A stretch of 63,625 bases of DNA, the filler included, from Choristocarpus tenellus KU-1152 (lineage: Eukaryota > Protista > Phaeophyceae): the NCBI GenBank assembly GCA_964200185.2. It is 11 parts of 11 records of this genome, joined end to end, with 100 filler letters (N's around TTAATTAATTAA, not from the genome) between each part and the next. Parts side by side here need not be neighbours in the genome. Positions count along the whole stretch, not along the records: positions 59,263 to 63,625 come from CAXNAD020014906.1; 10 more parts are not named here. One strand, 5' to 3'. Both the position numbers and the translations under genes were made by a program. Shown here one piece after another: positions 60,938 to 63,625 of this stretch; the first letter of the stretch is position 1, and every line of letters starts with the position of its first letter. Below the pieces are notes generated by a model that was not told the DNA's origin, did no database searches, and saw nothing but the letters and a program-made list of their open reading frames with translations.

Positions 60938-63370
60938 ATTTGAATAGTTCACCTTCTGGATGCAACGTAATTTGCAGCAGCCTTGGCCTGCGCATCCTCC
61001 TTGAATACTCCAATCAAATCGCCCAGGAAGCCCCGGCTCACTCCATACACCTTGGGTCAGGGTTGAATTCTGATGTAAGGAACATCTCCGCCAAAAGACA
61101 TCACAATACTATGATTGGGAAGTGCCAACCATCATATTAAAAACAACAAAGCACTAAATTATTTGAAATATGAGTGGAGACTTGATCGTTCAATGTAGAC
61201 AAGCACACCTTGTTAGCACTTTGACCAAAGGAACTAGGCAGTTATGCAGGGATGAGCGTATTACTCCACTACAAGCAAGATATGTCTCTGAGGATGTTCT
61301 TGTTGCATACAGATCGAAGACTCGCACAGTCTGATTGCAGACTGCTATTGATCAATAGAGCGCAACAACCTTCCTGTTCTACATATGGAGAAGAGTTGAA
61401 GCCCAAGCTAATTGGTCCTTCCAGGGCATGCAATATCTCTACGTAGGGTTTTGCTCTAAGAATAGGTGCCTGTGCTCAAGAGGCATTAGTAGTCATTTAT
61501 GATGTAAGACCATATATGTACACACTCAGGCACAGACTAAAGCAGGTTGAAAACACAATGAATTTCTCTGTATCATGGTTGTGTCAAGCTTTTATTTCAA
61601 AGTACACTCAGATATATATATATATATCCTAGGGCAAGGCACCATTGAAACATACAAAGAAATTTACATTAACATTCAAACACATCAAGAAAAATGGTTA
61701 GGAAGACACCACACCAACCAGTCCAAGAGACAAAGTAAGCGAGAGAGTAACCCAGGTTTCGGTCGATTTGATCGTTTTGCATTTTAAGCCATCTTTTACA
61801 TATTTGCTGCTAACCCATATTTCTATGGGAAAGCGCCAAGATTGACTTGAGAGCGTTGATTTCTCCTTTGCTTGAAAAAACCCGACAGAAGTCAGAAACG
61901 TCCCTACACGCATTTGCGCAAAAAGTCGAATTTTGTTCAAAATTGTCGGCGTTCTTAAGAATGCAACCCTGGGTACCTCCTGTTTGCTTTGACTCCCAAG
62001 CATTACCGCAAATAGACAATGTCAACAATAAAGTGCCCAACAAGTAGATACCAATACTCTACTGTCCAATCTGTAAGATACTCAAGAGCTCTGCTCCACA
62101 AGAATTTCGATATCCGCCAACCCAGGAACATATTGAAATGCATAGGAACGCACAAATTTGGTGGAGGTCTTACTTCCAAAACACACGAGGCACTCATCTT
62201 AAAAACACATGTGTCGTTGGACCAGCCCCTGAATGCACCTTATTGTTTTGGCAGGAGTGGTAAAAAAAATATAACCACGGTGAAAACAATTTGCCCACCC
62301 CACCTCTCCTCTCTGAAAAGTTACAGTTCAAATACCAAGCTCATTCTCACAAAACTTATCCTAACCCTCACCCTAACCTTCACGGGCCCTAAGGTCACTT
62401 AGAATAAAATAACAACAAACACCATCAACAACCACAGGATGGGAAAAAAAGAAATGTACACTCAGGAGCAGCCTCACATAGTAGGTCGGGTCTTCCACGG
62501 GAGGTAGGGAATTGAAAGCCTCCACGCGTTGAGAAAGGTATCACTTACTCACACAACATAACAGAACATCTTAGAACCGTACCCAAAAAAGCATTGTCCA
62601 GACAACAAATGTTATAGAACAAATGGCCCCAACTGATGTCGTGGCAATGGACATCACAGAGAAGATGGTCCCAACCGTTGTTGTCCAGGACAGCTGACAA
62701 ACAGAGCAAACGGACTCGAGCAATTTCTGGGAGATGAGTATACATATTTGGTCAGAGACAGGGACTTTTGGGGTCTCCTTGACATTCTTGAGAAGGATTG
62801 CATTAAAACATATGTGTTGCTGGCAGTTCCCTTGTGGCCATCTGAGGTGATGAAATATGGGTCAAATGCATGACTGGGTTGAAGTGACCAGAAAATGTTC
62901 AAGACAGCCAACCCGCTTATACTAGAGACCGTGAAATGTTCTGACTGACTGCATCCAATAATAGTTGGGGACTCTGGAATGCGCTGTTCTCAGGGTCATA
63001 AGTTAGCCTTTGCCCAGCTTCCTCCAAGCCCTCCTCATAAACTTCCTTTGAGTCATCTCTCTCTTGATTCTCATCGTTCCTTACGAAAAAAAAGTCTGTC
63101 TCACATATCTTTCCTTTTGGCACTAGCTGTATGTATCATCTGCCACATTTCTTCTATTATCACTTTCGCTGTTTAAAAAATTAACATTTCATGTGTAAGA
63201 ATAATTAATGTCAACAGCTTCGTGGAAAAAAGAACCAAAAAATGACCGCGAGTGTTGTTCCCAACAACAAATCTTAGAAGACAACAAATCTTAGAAGACA
63301 AATGGACTCTAGTATTTCCCATACAATCAATGCTACAGAGTAAATGGTGTCGACCACCTTTCCGGCAAGA

Positions 63371-63519
63371 GGCTCAAAATATCTTTGGGGGGGTGGCGGC
63401 TGTCCATTCAGAGCCAATTTTTCCATGTCACGATTCTTGGGTGATTTGGTTTCATGCATCAGATGGATAGTGCAAGTGCACTTGTCCTGGTCAGGGTCCG
63501 AATGGACATACTGGTGTAG

Positions 63520-63555
<36 letters not shown>

Positions 63556-63568
63556 TCACCCCAGATAA
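63371..63568 (+). mobile_element. MITE family B with an expanded poly-C tract and a damaged right TIR
   Basis: GGCTCAAAATATCTTTGGGGGGGTGGCGGCTGTCCATT ... ctggtgtaga(C)n...ccccagata. Confidence 0.8.
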
Positions 63569-63625
63569 GACAAAACAAATATTCTATGTAAATTATTTGT
63601 TAACGGAAACAGGTAGGAGGTTAGG

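Noticed and set aside
59366-63170. Multi-exon minus-strand gene (candidate exons near 60950-61050, 62000-62200 and 62917-63123)
   Set aside because: No consistent phase-compatible model could be built; there are many stops and no recognisable domain.

Overview
Eukaryotic, intron-rich and transposon-rich DNA. A brown alga or close stramenopile is inferred from an Ectocarpus-like Copia element, a CRE-like retroposon fragment and (CCCTAA)n tracts. The window is not contiguous. It is 11 contigs joined by 100-nt N spacers, each carrying the six-frame stop linker TTAATTAATTAA, so adjacency across spacers carries no information. Host genes reconstructed by hand are a partial multi-exon LRR gene with a GC-AG intron, a 12-exon TSET/TPLATE-complex WD40 subunit (TWD40-2/TTRAY2/TstF-like), one NEMF/Rqc2 exon, and an unknown gene with a long Gly/acidic last exon. 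Mobile DNA includes a decayed Copia, a Sola2-like transposase relic, a Tc1/mariner-type fragment, a CRE-like REL fragment, LINE relics, two MITE families with related TIRs, and a (TAA)n-tailed repeat family. Two CpG-rich contigs are the most notable. The first (48767-52787, minus) carries a spliced gene whose C-terminus follows the motif order of a beta-class N6-adenine/N4-cytosine DNA methyltransferase, with degenerate catalytic and SAM motifs, preceded by a PHD-like finger. The second (45045-47991, plus) carries a spliced ParB/Srx-like (NGQHR) gene just downstream of an ~11-copy, palindrome-rich 77-bp tandem array. All homology calls come from recognising motifs by eye; no searches were run.
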